Program-made: the position numbers and the translations under genes
Source of the DNA: Candidatus Nitrospinota bacterium M3_3B_026
GTDB taxonomy: Bacteria > Nitrospinota_A > UBA7883 > JBPRGF01
DNA length: 64,000 bases
Assembly: GCA_051418015.1 (NCBI GenBank)
Contig: JBPRGF010000023.1
Location: 160,001 to 224,000, forward strand
Direction: 5' to 3'
Notes under the pieces: model-generated
What the model was told of the DNA's origin: nothing
Seen by the model: only the letters and a program-made list of their open reading frames with translations
Databases searched by the model: none
Shown here: in pieces, positions 40,893 through 50,905 of the stretch
How the letters are laid out: each line of letters starts with the position of its first letter
Numbering within the stretch: the first letter of the stretch is position 1

Positions 40893-42329
40893 ATGCCTGA
40901 GGACGAAGGCCGCAAAATATACACCGTCGCGGAGCTTTCCCGCGACATCAAGACCATCCTGGAGGGCGCTTTTTCGAGCGTCTGGGTCGAGGGCGAAGTC
41001 TCCAAGTTTTTCGTTCAGCCCGTCTCCGGGCACGCCTACATAACCATCAAGGACGAACAGGCCGTTCTCAACGCGGTCATGTGGAAGAGCAAGAGAGCCT
41101 ACCTCAAGTTCGAGCCCAAAATGGGCGACCTTATCGTCTGCCGCGGCAGGGTGTCGGCCTACGGTAAGCGCAGCGAGTACCAGCTCGTCGTGGAGGCGAT
41201 GGAGCCAAAGGGGCTGGGGGCGCTTCAGGCGGCTTTCGAGCAGCTGAAAAAAAAGCTGGCCGCCGAGGGGCTCTTCGACGAGAAACATAAAAAACCGCTT
41301 CCCGACATCCCATGGTCCGTCGGCCTGGTCACGGCTCCGAAGGGCGCGGCCGTCCGCGACATGGCGCGGACGATCAATCGCAGGTTTCCCGGCCTGCGGA
41401 TAGTTCTCGCCCCGGTTAGAGTGCAGGGCGAAGGGGCGGCCGAGGAAATCGCGGCGGCGATAAAAGATTTCAATGAGTATGGGAAGGTGGACGTCATCAT
41501 AGCCGGGCGCGGCGGCGGCTCGCTGGAGGACCTCTGGGCGTTCAACGAGGAGGTGGTGGCGCGGGCCATATTCGCGTCGAAAATCCCGGTCGTCTCCGCC
41601 GTGGGGCACGAGACGGACTTTACGATAGCCGACTTCACGGCGGACGTGAGAGCCTCCACGCCCACCGCCGCGGCGGAGCTTGTCGCGCCGGAGAAGGAGA
41701 CAGTCTACAGGCAGATCGACGATCACGCCAGGCGGCTGACCGTGGCCCTTCGCGACATGACGGAGAAATATATTAGAGACGTCGACGAGCTTTACGCAAG
41801 GGGGCGACGGGCCGTCGAATCCTCGAACCGGGAACTTAAAGAGCGCCTGAACGGCGCCGCGCGCCACCTTGGGGCGCTCAGCCCGATGGCAAGGCTGAAA
41901 GAGAGAAAAACCATCGCCGCGACTCTTTCAAGGCGGCTCGGGAGGTCCGCCGAAAAGGCGACAAAGGAAAAACGAAAAGAGGCGCGGGCGTTCGCCTCAA
42001 GACTTTTCGCCTTCAGGCCGGAGCGGGTGGCGGCCCAGCTTCGCGGCGTACTCGATAAAAACCTCGCCACCCTCGTGGACAGGACGCGGGCGCTCGCCTC
42101 CATCAGGCGCGGACGGCTGGAGACGGCCGCGGGCAGGCTCAACGCCGTCAGCCCCCTGGCGGTGCTCGAGCGCGGGTACAGCATCGTCTCATCGCCCGAC
42201 GGCAAGAGGGTTTACAGATCGATCAAAACCCTGAAACCGGGCGACAGGGTCAGGATCCGCATGGCCGACGGCCACACCGGCGCCACGATCAGCGGCGACA
42301 GGTCTGAACGGCAGGAAAAACTTTTTTGA
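40893..42329 (+). CDS. xseA: Exodeoxyribonuclease VII large subunit
   Basis: VWVEGEVS, RGGGSLEDLWAFNEE, SAVGHETD. Confidence 0.96.
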   Translation: MPEDEGRKIYTVAELSRDIKTILEGAFSSVWVEGEVSKFFVQPVSGHAYITIKDEQAVLNAVMWKSKRAYLKFEPKMGDLIVCRGRVSAYGKRSEYQLVVEAMEPKGLGALQAAFEQLKKKLAAEGLFDEKHKKPLPDIPWSVGLVTAPKGAAVRDMARTINRRFPGLRIVLAPVRVQGEGAAEEIAAAIKDFNEYGKVDVIIAGRGGGSLEDLWAFNEEVVARAIFASKIPVVSAVGHETDFTIADFTADVRASTPTAAAELVAPEKETVYRQIDDHARRLTVALRDMTEKYIRDVDELYARGRRAVESSNRELKERLNGAARHLGALSPMARLKERKTIAATLSRRLGRSAEKATKEKRKEARAFASRLFAFRPERVAAQLRGVLDKNLATLVDRTRALASIRRGRLETAAGRLNAVSPLAVLERGYSIVSSPDGKRVYRSIKTLKPGDRVRIRMADGHTGATISGDRSERQEKLF

Positions 42330-42346
42330 TGTGTTAAACTGCGCTC

Positions 42347-42613
42347 ATGGCCGAAAAGGAAAAACCTGAAAAAGAGATGAAGTTCGAGGCGGCTCTGAAA
42401 CGCCTCGAGGAGATAGTCGGCAAGCTCGAGGACGGAGACCTCGAGCTCGAAAAATCCATAGAGCTTTTCGAGGAAGGGATCAAGATGGCCAAGACCTGCC
42501 AGAAGAAGCTCGACGAAGCGGAAAAGAAAATAGAGAAACTGGTCAAAGAGCGCGGCGGGGAGCTTGGCGCCGAGCCTCTGGAAGAGATCGGCGAGGAGGA
42601 CGCGCCGTTCTAG
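42347..42613 (+). CDS. xseB: Exodeoxyribonuclease VII small subunit
   Basis: FEAALKRLEEIV..LE.G.L.LE.S...FEEG. Confidence 0.95.
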   Translation: MAEKEKPEKEMKFEAALKRLEEIVGKLEDGDLELEKSIELFEEGIKMAKTCQKKLDEAEKKIEKLVKERGGELGAEPLEEIGEEDAPF

Positions 42614-42666
42614 CCCATGCCCGCGTCATATAACCATCCGTCCGGCCGGCTCTTCCAGCGCGATTG

Positions 42667-43557
42667 ATGCCTCTTACAAGGTATTTCGCTGAAATAAAAG
42701 AACAGGTTGACGTCGAGCTTGACCGCCTCGTCCCGGACGAGACGACGCGCCCAGCCGCGCTGATAAAAGCCATGCGCCACTCCCTTTTCGCCGGGGGCAA
42801 GCGCCTGCGCCCAATACTGGCCGTGGCGGCGGCGGAGGCCGTCGACGGCTCCCGCGAAGCCGTCATGCCCTTCGCGGCGGCGGTGGAGATCATCCACACC
42901 TACACCCTCATCCACGACGACCTTCCCGCCCTGGACGACGACGACACCAGGCGCGGCGCGGCGACATGCCATGTCAAGTTCGGCGAGGCCACGGCCATAC
43001 TGGCCGGCGACGCTCTCCTGACGCTGGCCTTCGAAGTGATGACAGACTCTAAAAATTTTCCCGGCGCGGAGGCGGCCATGCTTCTCGACGTGGCCAGGGA
43101 GACGGCGGAGGCCATCGGCTCCACAGGCACGATCGGCGGGCAGGTGGTGGACCTCGAGATGGAGGGCAAGGAAGCGGACATGGCCGCGCTCGAGTATATC
43201 CATACGCACAAGACCGGAAAACTCATCGTGGCGTCTATCAGAGGCGGCGCAAGGCTCGGCGGCGCGGAGGAGGACAGGCTGGAGGCGCTGACCGTCTACG
43301 GCAAGAACGTTGGGCTGGCCTTCCAGGTGGTGGATGACATCCTGGACGTTGAGGGAGACGCGGAAAAGCTCGGAAAGGCGGCGGGAGCGGACGCGAAAAA
43401 GAAGAAGGCGACATACCCTTCGCTCATGGGCGTCGAGGAGTCCCGCAAGCTCGCCGCAAGGCTCATCGACAGGGCGATAGCGGCCTTGGATATGCTGGGA
43501 GACAGCGGGGAGAAGCTCTCGGACCTGGCGCGATACGTTATAGCCCGCGCCTTCTAG
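42667..43557 (+). CDS. ispA: Farnesyl/geranylgeranyl diphosphate synthase
   Basis: GGKRLRP, HDDLPALDDD, FQVVDDILD. Confidence 0.93.
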   Translation: MPLTRYFAEIKEQVDVELDRLVPDETTRPAALIKAMRHSLFAGGKRLRPILAVAAAEAVDGSREAVMPFAAAVEIIHTYTLIHDDLPALDDDDTRRGAATCHVKFGEATAILAGDALLTLAFEVMTDSKNFPGAEAAMLLDVARETAEAIGSTGTIGGQVVDLEMEGKEADMAALEYIHTHKTGKLIVASIRGGARLGGAEEDRLEALTVYGKNVGLAFQVVDDILDVEGDAEKLGKAAGADAKKKKATYPSLMGVEESRKLAARLIDRAIAALDMLGDSGEKLSDLARYVIARAF

Positions 43558-43656
43558 GGCCGCCCGGCGCGCCGCGGAAACCGGGCGGCGTGGAAAGCGA
43601 AAAGGAGCTTATATTAAGCTATGTGACTATCACCAAACGACGCTGCGGCTTCCGGC

Positions 43657-44802
43657 ATGAATGAACACCACGGACAGAACAACGGCGCCAGGCTGATGGA
43701 CTCGTCCGGTCTGGACGCGCTCATCGCCGCCCTTGTCCGTGAGGGCCGCCGGGTCGTGGGGCCGGTGATCCGGGACGGGGCCATACTCCTCGACGAGATC
43801 AACGGCGTCGAAGACCTGCCGCGCGGCGTGTCGGACGAGCAGGACGCCGCATTCTACCGGCTCCGCGAGACCGGTGGGAATACCCTTTTCGGATATAACG
43901 CAGGCCCCCAACTCTGGAAAAAGTTTCTGTTTCCCCCGAGGCTTACTTTGTGGACGGCGAAGCGGAACGGCCAAGGCTTCGAGATCGAGCCGGACGGGGG
44001 GGAACCTGAGAAACTCGCCCTCCTCGGCGTCCGGCCCTGCGATCTGGCGGCGATAAGGATACAGGACAGGGTCTTCGCGGATGGCGAATTCAAGGACCTC
44101 TCATATGCGACGCGAAGGCGAAATATTTTCGCCATCGCCGTGAACTGCTCCCGCGCCGGGGGGACGTGCTTTTGCGCCTCCATGGGGACGGGACCGAAAG
44201 CTTCCGGTGAGTTCGACATCGCGCTCACGGAGATAGAAGACGAAGTGGGCCATCGTTTCCTGCTTGAAACAGGCTCGGCCGAAGGCGAAAGAGTTCTCGA
44301 AAACACATCCACCACGAAAGCCAGCGAGAACGACCTCATCGCCGCGAAGGCGATTCTCGAAAAGACCTCCCGGAGCATGGGCAGGAGGCTTGAAACGGAG
44401 GGCCTGAAAGAGATTTTGTACGAGTCCGCCGAAGGCAGGATTTGGGAGGACGCGGCTGAAAGATGCCTCGCCTGCGCTAATTGTACGATGGTGTGCCCCA
44501 CCTGTTTTTGCTCCACGGTGGAGGACATGACGGATCTTTCCGGCGATTTCACGAGGCGGGAGCGGCGCTGGGACTCGTGCTTCACGCTGGATTTTTCCTA
44601 CATCCACGGCGGGCCCGTCAGGAGGACGCGCGCGGCCCGGTACCGCCACTGGATAACCCATAAGCTAGCGTCGTGGATGGACCAGTTCGGGACGGCCGGG
44701 TGCACAGGGTGCGGGCGCTGCATCACATGGTGCCCCGCGGCGATAGACATTACGAAAGAGGCCCGGGCGGCGCGGGACGCGGCGGCCCGGGAGAAAGTAT
44801 GA
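43657..44802 (+). CDS. Group 3b [NiFe]-hydrogenase (sulfhydrogenase) beta subunit, Fe-S
   Basis: GVRPCD, CxxxxxxCFC, CLACANCTMVCPTCFC, CTGCGRCITWCP. Confidence 0.9.
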   Translation: MNEHHGQNNGARLMDSSGLDALIAALVREGRRVVGPVIRDGAILLDEINGVEDLPRGVSDEQDAAFYRLRETGGNTLFGYNAGPQLWKKFLFPPRLTLWTAKRNGQGFEIEPDGGEPEKLALLGVRPCDLAAIRIQDRVFADGEFKDLSYATRRRNIFAIAVNCSRAGGTCFCASMGTGPKASGEFDIALTEIEDEVGHRFLLETGSAEGERVLENTSTTKASENDLIAAKAILEKTSRSMGRRLETEGLKEILYESAEGRIWEDAAERCLACANCTMVCPTCFCSTVEDMTDLSGDFTRRERRWDSCFTLDFSYIHGGPVRRTRAARYRHWITHKLASWMDQFGTAGCTGCGRCITWCPAAIDITKEARAARDAAAREKV

Positions 44803-44824
44803 TTTTTCAAGGGGAGACGAGGCG

Positions 44825-45292
44825 ATGAGACCAAAATCCCTTGCGCCGGTACTGGAGGGGCACCCGTTCCTTGAGGGGATGGAGAAAAAGCACATCGACC
44901 TGATCGTGGGATGCGCCAAAAACGTCCGCTTCAACGCCGGGGACTACATCTTCCGCGAAGGCGAAGCGGCGAACGATTTCTACATCATCCGCCGGGGCCT
45001 CGTCTCGGTGGAGCTTTACAGCCCCCGGAAAGGCCCCATCTCCATCCAGACCCTTCGCGACGGCGACATACTCGGCTGGTCGTGGCTCATACCGCCACAC
45101 CAGTGGCGGTTCGACGCGCGGGCGGTGGAGACAACGAGGGCCATAGCGCTGGACGGCGGATGCCTGCGCGGGAAGCTGGAGGACGACCACGGCCTCGGCT
45201 ACCAGCTGCTGAAAAGATTCTCCCGGGTCATGGCAAAGACGCTCGAGGGCACGAGGCTCCAGCTGCTGGACCTTTACGGCGAAGGCGCATGA
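44825..45292 (+). CDS. Stand-alone cNMP-binding domain protein
   Basis: IFREGEAANDFYII..G, GDILGWSW; no HTH. Confidence 0.85.
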   Translation: MRPKSLAPVLEGHPFLEGMEKKHIDLIVGCAKNVRFNAGDYIFREGEAANDFYIIRRGLVSVELYSPRKGPISIQTLRDGDILGWSWLIPPHQWRFDARAVETTRAIALDGGCLRGKLEDDHGLGYQLLKRFSRVMAKTLEGTRLQLLDLYGEGA

Positions 45293-46143
45293 CGACGCCC
45301 GTTTCCATCAATCCCGGAGCGGACGCGGCGATCCCCGTTCCCTGGATGGTGACGGCCAGGAGGGAGCAGACGCGCGACGTCTTCACCCTCGAGCTTGCCC
45401 CGCCCGCCGGGATGGACGGTCTCCGGTTCGCGCCGGGCCAGTTCAACATGCTGTACCAGTTCGGCGCGGGCGAGGCGCCGATCTCCATCAGCGGCGACCC
45501 AGCGAGGACCGGCGCGCTGGAGCACACGATCCGGGCCGTCGGCGGCGTGACAAGGCTTATGGCCAGCCTTAGGGAAGGAGACGCCATCGGCGTCCGGGGC
45601 CCATACGGGCGTGGATGGCCGATGCCTGAGGCGGAGGGGAAAGACGTCGTCATCGCCGCGGGCGGGATCGGGCTGGCCCCGCTGCGCCCGGCGGTTCTTG
45701 GCATACTGGCGGAGCGGGAAAAATTTGGAAGAGTCGTCCTGTTTTACGGCGCGCGATCCGACGAGGACATAGTCTTCGAAGACGACCTGCGGGAATGGCG
45801 GTCGAGGTTCGACATGGAGATCGAGGTGACCGTCGACCGGGGGTCCGGCGGATGGCGCGGACCCGTCGGCGTCGTCACACAGCTTATTCCGCGGGCCGCC
45901 TTTGATCCCGCGAAAACGCTGGCCATGATATGCGGGCCGGAGGTGATGGCGAAGTTCACCGTGTCGGAGTTTTTAAGGCTCGGCGTTGAGCCGGGGAGGA
46001 TATACGTCTCCATGGAACGGAGCATGAAATGCGGAGTCGGCCTTTGCGGGCATTGCCAGATGGGCCCGCTTTTCGTCTGCAAGGACGGGCCGGTTTTCAC
46101 CTATGACAGCATCCGCCGCCTCATGGCTCTGCGGGAGATATAG
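45289..46143 (+). CDS. Group 3b hydrogenase gamma subunit (FAD/NAD(P), 2Fe-2S)
   Basis: PGQFNML, RGPYG, AGGIGLAP, MKCGVGLCGHC...C. ATG 45289 overlaps the upstream TGA. Confidence 0.9.
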   Translation: MTTPVSINPGADAAIPVPWMVTARREQTRDVFTLELAPPAGMDGLRFAPGQFNMLYQFGAGEAPISISGDPARTGALEHTIRAVGGVTRLMASLREGDAIGVRGPYGRGWPMPEAEGKDVVIAAGGIGLAPLRPAVLGILAEREKFGRVVLFYGARSDEDIVFEDDLREWRSRFDMEIEVTVDRGSGGWRGPVGVVTQLIPRAAFDPAKTLAMICGPEVMAKFTVSEFLRLGVEPGRIYVSMERSMKCGVGLCGHCQMGPLFVCKDGPVFTYDSIRRLMALREI

Positions 46144-46908
46144 ATGAAAAAGAAACTGGCCGTCTTCAAGTTCGCCTCATGCGACGGCTGCCAGCTTTCG
46201 CTTCTCAACCTGGAGGACGAGCTTCTGGCCATCGCCGGCGCCATCGACATCGCCTATTTCCCCGAGGCGTCGCGGGAGTACGTCAAGGGGCCTTACGACC
46301 TTTCCCTGGTGGAAGGCTCCATAACCACCTCCCACGACGCGGAGCGGATCCAGAAGGTGAGGGAAAACTCGAAATTCCTCGTGACCATCGGCGCCTGCGC
46401 GACGGCGGGGGGCATCCAGGCGCTCCGGAATTTTCAGGACGTAAACGAGTTCATATCCGTGGTCTATGCCTCGCCGGAGTATATCAGCGCGCTCGGCGAG
46501 TCCACGCCCATCGCCGATCACGTCGCCGTGGACTTCGAGCTTCGCGGCTGCCCCGTGAACAAAGGGCAGCTGCTGGAGGTCGTAACGGCCTTCATCCACG
46601 GGAGAGCGCCAAAAGTCCCGGCCCACAGCGTCTGCCTGGACTGCAAGCTGGCGGGGAACGTCTGCGTGATGGTGGCCCGGAGTGAGCCGTGTCTTGGGCC
46701 CGTGACCCACACAGGCTGCGGCGCGCTCTGCCCGGCGTATCATCGCGGCTGCTACGGCTGTTTCGGGCCGATGGAGACGCCGAACACGCGCTCCATGGGC
46801 GGGCGGCTGAAGGCGCTGGGGCTTTCGGGGGAGGACGTCGTCCGCTCTTTCCGGGGCTTCAACGCCTGGGCGGAGGATTTCAGGGAGGCCGGCGGGGAGG
46901 ATGAGTGA
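46144..46908 (+). CDS. Group 3b hydrogenase delta (small) subunit
   Basis: SCDGC, GACA, GCP, CLDC, CLGP..C...CP; no Tat signal. Confidence 0.92.
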   Translation: MKKKLAVFKFASCDGCQLSLLNLEDELLAIAGAIDIAYFPEASREYVKGPYDLSLVEGSITTSHDAERIQKVRENSKFLVTIGACATAGGIQALRNFQDVNEFISVVYASPEYISALGESTPIADHVAVDFELRGCPVNKGQLLEVVTAFIHGRAPKVPAHSVCLDCKLAGNVCVMVARSEPCLGPVTHTGCGALCPAYHRGCYGCFGPMETPNTRSMGGRLKALGLSGEDVVRSFRGFNAWAEDFREAGGEDE

Positions 46909-48196
46909 AACCAGGAAGATAAGGGTGGACTACCTCGCCCGCGTCGAGGGAGAGGGGGCTATGACATTGAAGATAAAGGACGGCGCCGTCTCCGGCGTGG
47001 CCCTTGAGATATTCGAGCCGCCACGCTTTTTCGAGGCTTTTTTGAGGGGGCGGAGATTCCAGGAAGCGCCGGACATCACCGCCCGGATATGCGGCATATG
47101 CCCCATCGCCTACCAGATGAGCGCCGTCCACGCCATGGAGGACGCGCTGGGGGTCGCCGTCGACGGGGCCACGAGGGATCTTCGCAGGCTGATCTACTGC
47201 GGCGAGTGGATAGAAAGCCACGCCCTCCACGTCTACATGCTCCATGCCCCCGATTTCCTCGGGTACGAAAGCGCCATCCACATGGCAAAAGACCACCCGG
47301 AAATAGTAAAACGCGGTCTTTTTATAAAGAAGGCGGGCAACGCCATCGTCTCGCTTCTTGGCGGCAGGGAGGTTCACCCCATAAACGTCCGGGTGGGGGG
47401 TTTTTACAGGTTGCCGCGAGCTGGCGAGCTTTCCGGCCTGGAGGAGACTCTCAAAAGAGCCAGGGACGAGGCCGTGGAAACCGTGAAATGGGCCGCCGCC
47501 CTCCCCTTCCCCGAGTTTGAGAGGGATTATGTCTTCGTGGCGTTGTCTCATGAAAGAGAGTATCCCTTCAACGAGGGAAGAATCACCTCCACCGGCGGGC
47601 TCGACATCCCTGTCAGCGACTACGAAAAACATTTCGAGGAGGAGCACGCCGCCCATTCCACGGCCCTGCGCTCGAAGATAAAGGGAGGCGGCGCGTACAT
47701 GACCGGGCCGATGGCGCGGTATAGCATCAACTTCGGGAAGCTGCGGCCGATAGCGGTGGAAACGGCGCGGGCGGCGGGCCTTGCGCCGTACATCACGAAC
47801 CCGTACAAGAGCATAGCCGTCCGCGCCGTGGAGATTCTCCACGCCATAGACGAGGCGCTGCGGATCATCGGGGACGGAAAGCTTCCCGAAAAGCCGTTCG
47901 TGGAGGCGGAGCCCTCCGAGTCCACGGGATACGGCGCGACGGAGGCGCCGCGGGGGCTTCTCTACCACAGGTACACGCTTGACGAGAGCGGGCTGATAAC
48001 GAGCGCCAGGATCGTCCCCCCCACGTCGCAGAACCAGCGGATAATCGAGGAGGACCTTTTCAAGGCCGCCTCCGAAAACCTCCGCCTGCCCGACGATGAG
48101 CTTACGTTACGGCTGGAACAGACGATAAGGAACTATGACCCGTGCATATCCTGCTCCACGCATTTTCTGAAGCTGAAAATAGAACATGAACGGTAA
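46901..48196 (+). CDS. Group 3b hydrogenase alpha (large, NiFe) subunit
   Basis: RVEG, L1 motif RICGICP, EAPRG, L2 motif DPCISCSTH plus a cleavable tail. Confidence 0.95.
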   Translation: MSETRKIRVDYLARVEGEGAMTLKIKDGAVSGVALEIFEPPRFFEAFLRGRRFQEAPDITARICGICPIAYQMSAVHAMEDALGVAVDGATRDLRRLIYCGEWIESHALHVYMLHAPDFLGYESAIHMAKDHPEIVKRGLFIKKAGNAIVSLLGGREVHPINVRVGGFYRLPRAGELSGLEETLKRARDEAVETVKWAAALPFPEFERDYVFVALSHEREYPFNEGRITSTGGLDIPVSDYEKHFEEEHAAHSTALRSKIKGGGAYMTGPMARYSINFGKLRPIAVETARAAGLAPYITNPYKSIAVRAVEILHAIDEALRIIGDGKLPEKPFVEAEPSESTGYGATEAPRGLLYHRYTLDESGLITSARIVPPTSQNQRIIEEDLFKAASENLRLPDDELTLRLEQTIRNYDPCISCSTHFLKLKIEHER

Positions 48197-48662
48197 GGTC
48201 CTCATAGGCGTCGGGTCCGAGGATCGCGGCGACGACGCCGCAGGGCTCAGGATCGTCCGCGCCCTCAGGGACATGGTTCCCAGGAGCGTCGAGGTGGTGG
48301 AGGCGCCGGGCGAGGGAGCGCGTATAATGGAGGCTTGGCAGGGTTTTCATTTCACGCGGGTGTTCGACGCCGTCTCCTCCGGCGCGCCGCCGGGGACGAT
48401 CGTAAAGCTCGACCCGCGTAAGGACCCCTTTCCCGCGGCCTTTTTTCGCAGTTCCTCCCACACTTTCGGCCTGGCGGAGGCGGTGGAGCTTGCGCGGTCG
48501 CTCGGCGCTCTTCCGCCGTCTCTCATGATCTACGGGGTGGAGGGGAAGGACTACGGGCTGGGGCGGGGGCTCTCGGCGGAGGTGTCCGCCGCCGTGGATG
48601 AGATCGTGGAGATGGTCAAAAAGGAGATGCTCTCTTCGCCATCCATGGGAGATGATGGCTAG
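48186..48662 (+). CDS. Hydrogenase maturation endopeptidase
   Basis: IGVG...GDDAAG, FDAV, SSH. Confidence 0.9.
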   Translation: MNGKVLIGVGSEDRGDDAAGLRIVRALRDMVPRSVEVVEAPGEGARIMEAWQGFHFTRVFDAVSSGAPPGTIVKLDPRKDPFPAAFFRSSSHTFGLAEAVELARSLGALPPSLMIYGVEGKDYGLGRGLSAEVSAAVDEIVEMVKKEMLSSPSMGDDG

Positions 48663-49180
48663 GACTTGGAGAACCGCTCCGACACGGAGTCGAAGCCTAT
48701 GACCACCTTGTCGCGGCTTTCGAGGGTGACCGTCCCTTCGAAAGAGTGGCCGAACGTCTCGTCCCCGTCCCTGGTGTCCTTTATGGCCACTTTTATCGCA
48801 TGCGAGCCGAGGGGCAGGATGAACTTCTCGTAGACATACGTGGCGCTGTCCTGCCTTATGCCCGATGGGACGATCTGCTTGTCCAGGGCGGTTTCGCCGT
48901 CGATCCACACCTTGAGCCGCAGGGGGACGCGTTCCCGGCTGCCGCAAACCCTGTCCGCCCGCTGCATGTGCGGGCGTCTCAGCTTGGCCTCCTTTTTGAA
49001 CTCTTCGAGCTCCTCCTCGTCGCACAGGCTCCTGCGCTCGGTCACTCTCTTGAACGATATGATGACCCCCCCCACGTCGTCGCTGTAATAGCTGTAGGAC
49101 GGCGAGTCGGAAAGAAAATACACCAGCGGCGCGGGGGACAAAAGCAGGATCACGGCCCAGACCGTCAGTCTATCCTTCAT
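48659..49180 (-). CDS. Hypothetical N-anchored protein coupled to the cytochrome b fusion gene
   Basis: 4-bp overlap with the upstream gene; N-terminal hydrophobic segment; C..HM..C..RER.P pattern; beta-rich C-terminus. Confidence 0.75.
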   Translation of the reverse strand: MKDRLTVWAVILLLSPAPLVYFLSDSPSYSYYSDDVGGVIISFKRVTERRSLCDEEELEEFKKEAKLRRPHMQRADRVCGSRERVPLRLKVWIDGETALDKQIVPSGIRQDSATYVYEKFILPLGSHAIKVAIKDTRDGDETFGHSFEGTVTLESRDKVVIGFDSVSERFSKS

Positions 49181-50856
49181 TTCAGCGCGCCCTCCATGTC
49201 GTTGGCGGCGGTCTTTCCGCCGGATGGTTTTCTGACGATCTCCAGGAACTTCTTTATGTCCGCCACCACTTCCTCGTCCTCAAACCTCGACACCAGCATG
49301 ACTTTTATCCGCTCCCCCGCGCTCTCGTCCACTCCGGTGATGTTCGCCGGGTCCGTCGCCTCCTCGATCCGCTCGTTGCCTTCCCTGTAATGGCAGTCCA
49401 GCGGCCTGCAGCCCACGACCACGACCCCCTTCGCGCCGTCCTTGAACGCCGCTCCCACAAGGTCCGGCTCCAGGACGCCGGCGCAGGGGATGACCATCAC
49501 GGCCGCCGCGGGCTCGCCGGCAAGGCTTCTCTCGTCGTCCGACAGGACGTTCGAGAGGGTCATGCTCCGCTCGCACATGAAGCAGAGGATGACCGGCTTC
49601 TCCCCCTCCGCGGGCGCCATAAGGGACTTTATGTCCTCCAGCATCGAATCCCGCGTCATCTCCCCCATGGATATCCCGGACGTGGGGCACGCCGTCACGC
49701 AGAACCCGCATCCCTCGCACCGCGCCGGGAATATTTCCACCTGTGTGTCGTATGGTCTTCCGTCCGTTCTGGGAGTTATGCTCACCGCCTCGAAAGGGCA
49801 GACCGGCTGGCAGAGGTTGCATCCTTTGCATTTTTCAAGGTCTACCAGCGCGAACTGTTTTCGGGCTTTTTTTTTTGCCGCCGCCTTTCGCTTCTCACGC
49901 TCCAGCGCCGGCGCGGGGATGAGCCATGGCAGGGCCGTGAAAAGCGCGAGGGCCGCGGAGCCGGCGATCCACATCGCGCCGGGGGCGACCCTGAAGGCGT
50001 CCATGAAGGGGAACGGGATCAGGTAGAACCAGTCTATCTCCACTCTTCCTAAAAGCTTCGAAAGGTCCGCGGGTCCCATACTGACGGCCGGTTTCACGAG
50101 GGAGAGGCCCAGCAGGCCCGCCAGTATGACCAACGCCACCGGCCGCGGCGGGGAGATCAGGGGCCTGGAAAGGCGCATGTAGTGGATCCAGGCCATTATC
50201 AACAGGAAACAGGGGATCATGAGATGCAGGTAGTTGGTCACGAAAAAGAGCACGCTCGTGACCGTCTCGTTGGTCAGGAACGTCCTGGAGACGGGCTCCA
50301 CGGTGATGGGGAGGGCGTCCAGCAGGCGGGCGAACTCCACGGCCACCATCTTCCCCTTCTCGTCCCACACCAGCACGTAGCCGGATATCCCCTCGAACCA
50401 GACCCAGAACAGGATCACCGAGCCGGAGACCCACGCCACCCATCTAGCGCGCCTGAACCGGTCGGAGAAAAAGACCTGGGCCACGTGCAGAAGGATGGAT
50501 ATGGCCAGCCCGTCGGCGGCGTAGCGGTGCATGGAGCGCATTATGCCGCCGTAATATTTCTGCTCCTTGGTGATGTATTGTACGGACTCGTAGGCCCCTT
50601 CCACGCTCATATCGTAAAAGAGGAACAGGTATGACCCGGTGATGATGAGGATCCAGAACAGGAACAGGGATATGGCCCCGAGGAAGTACATGGGGTTCAG
50701 CCTCGGCGGGAAGATCTTGTTCAGCTGCTCCTGGATGAAGACCAGCGTCGTGTTGCCGGGCCGCAATATCCAGGGGATAAGCTCATTCTGGTACGTCTTG
50801 GAGGCCCTTTTCAGGGACCTTTCGAGTTCTCTCTCCTTGTCCGTGTCTTGTCTCAT
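49177..50856 (-). CDS. Cytochrome b(N)-like / 2x[4Fe-4S] ferredoxin / MvhD-like [2Fe-2S] fusion
   Basis: Heme His pairs H-x13-H twice (MHRY...LLHV; LHLM...IHYM); CKGCNLCQPVCP and CEGCGFCVTACP; FMC, IPC, GCRPLDCHYREGN. Confidence 0.85.
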   Translation of the reverse strand: MRQDTDKERELERSLKRASKTYQNELIPWILRPGNTTLVFIQEQLNKIFPPRLNPMYFLGAISLFLFWILIITGSYLFLFYDMSVEGAYESVQYITKEQKYYGGIMRSMHRYAADGLAISILLHVAQVFFSDRFRRARWVAWVSGSVILFWVWFEGISGYVLVWDEKGKMVAVEFARLLDALPITVEPVSRTFLTNETVTSVLFFVTNYLHLMIPCFLLIMAWIHYMRLSRPLISPPRPVALVILAGLLGLSLVKPAVSMGPADLSKLLGRVEIDWFYLIPFPFMDAFRVAPGAMWIAGSAALALFTALPWLIPAPALEREKRKAAAKKKARKQFALVDLEKCKGCNLCQPVCPFEAVSITPRTDGRPYDTQVEIFPARCEGCGFCVTACPTSGISMGEMTRDSMLEDIKSLMAPAEGEKPVILCFMCERSMTLSNVLSDDERSLAGEPAAAVMVIPCAGVLEPDLVGAAFKDGAKGVVVVGCRPLDCHYREGNERIEEATDPANITGVDESAGERIKVMLVSRFEDEEVVADIKKFLEIVRKPSGGKTAANDMEGALK

Positions 50857-50905
50857 GTCAAGTGTAGATTCGATAACTGCGTGGCGGATTCGGCGCTGGT
50901 CTCAC

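Noticed and set aside
43606..43635. Operator upstream of the hydrogenase (AGCTTA-TAT-TAAGCT; TGTGA-CTA-TCACC)
   Set aside because: These are short single occurrences with the wrong spacing for CRP and no match to the nir/nor box, so they cannot be told from chance.
46144..48196. [NiFeSe] or membrane-bound group 1 hydrogenase
   Set aside because: L2 is all-Cys (DPCISC) with no in-frame TGA. The small subunit has no Tat leader, and beta/gamma diaphorase subunits are present.
49177..50856. Standard bc1/b6f cytochrome b (petB)
   Set aside because: No Rieske or c1/f gene is adjacent, PEWY is degenerate, and Fe-S domains are fused.
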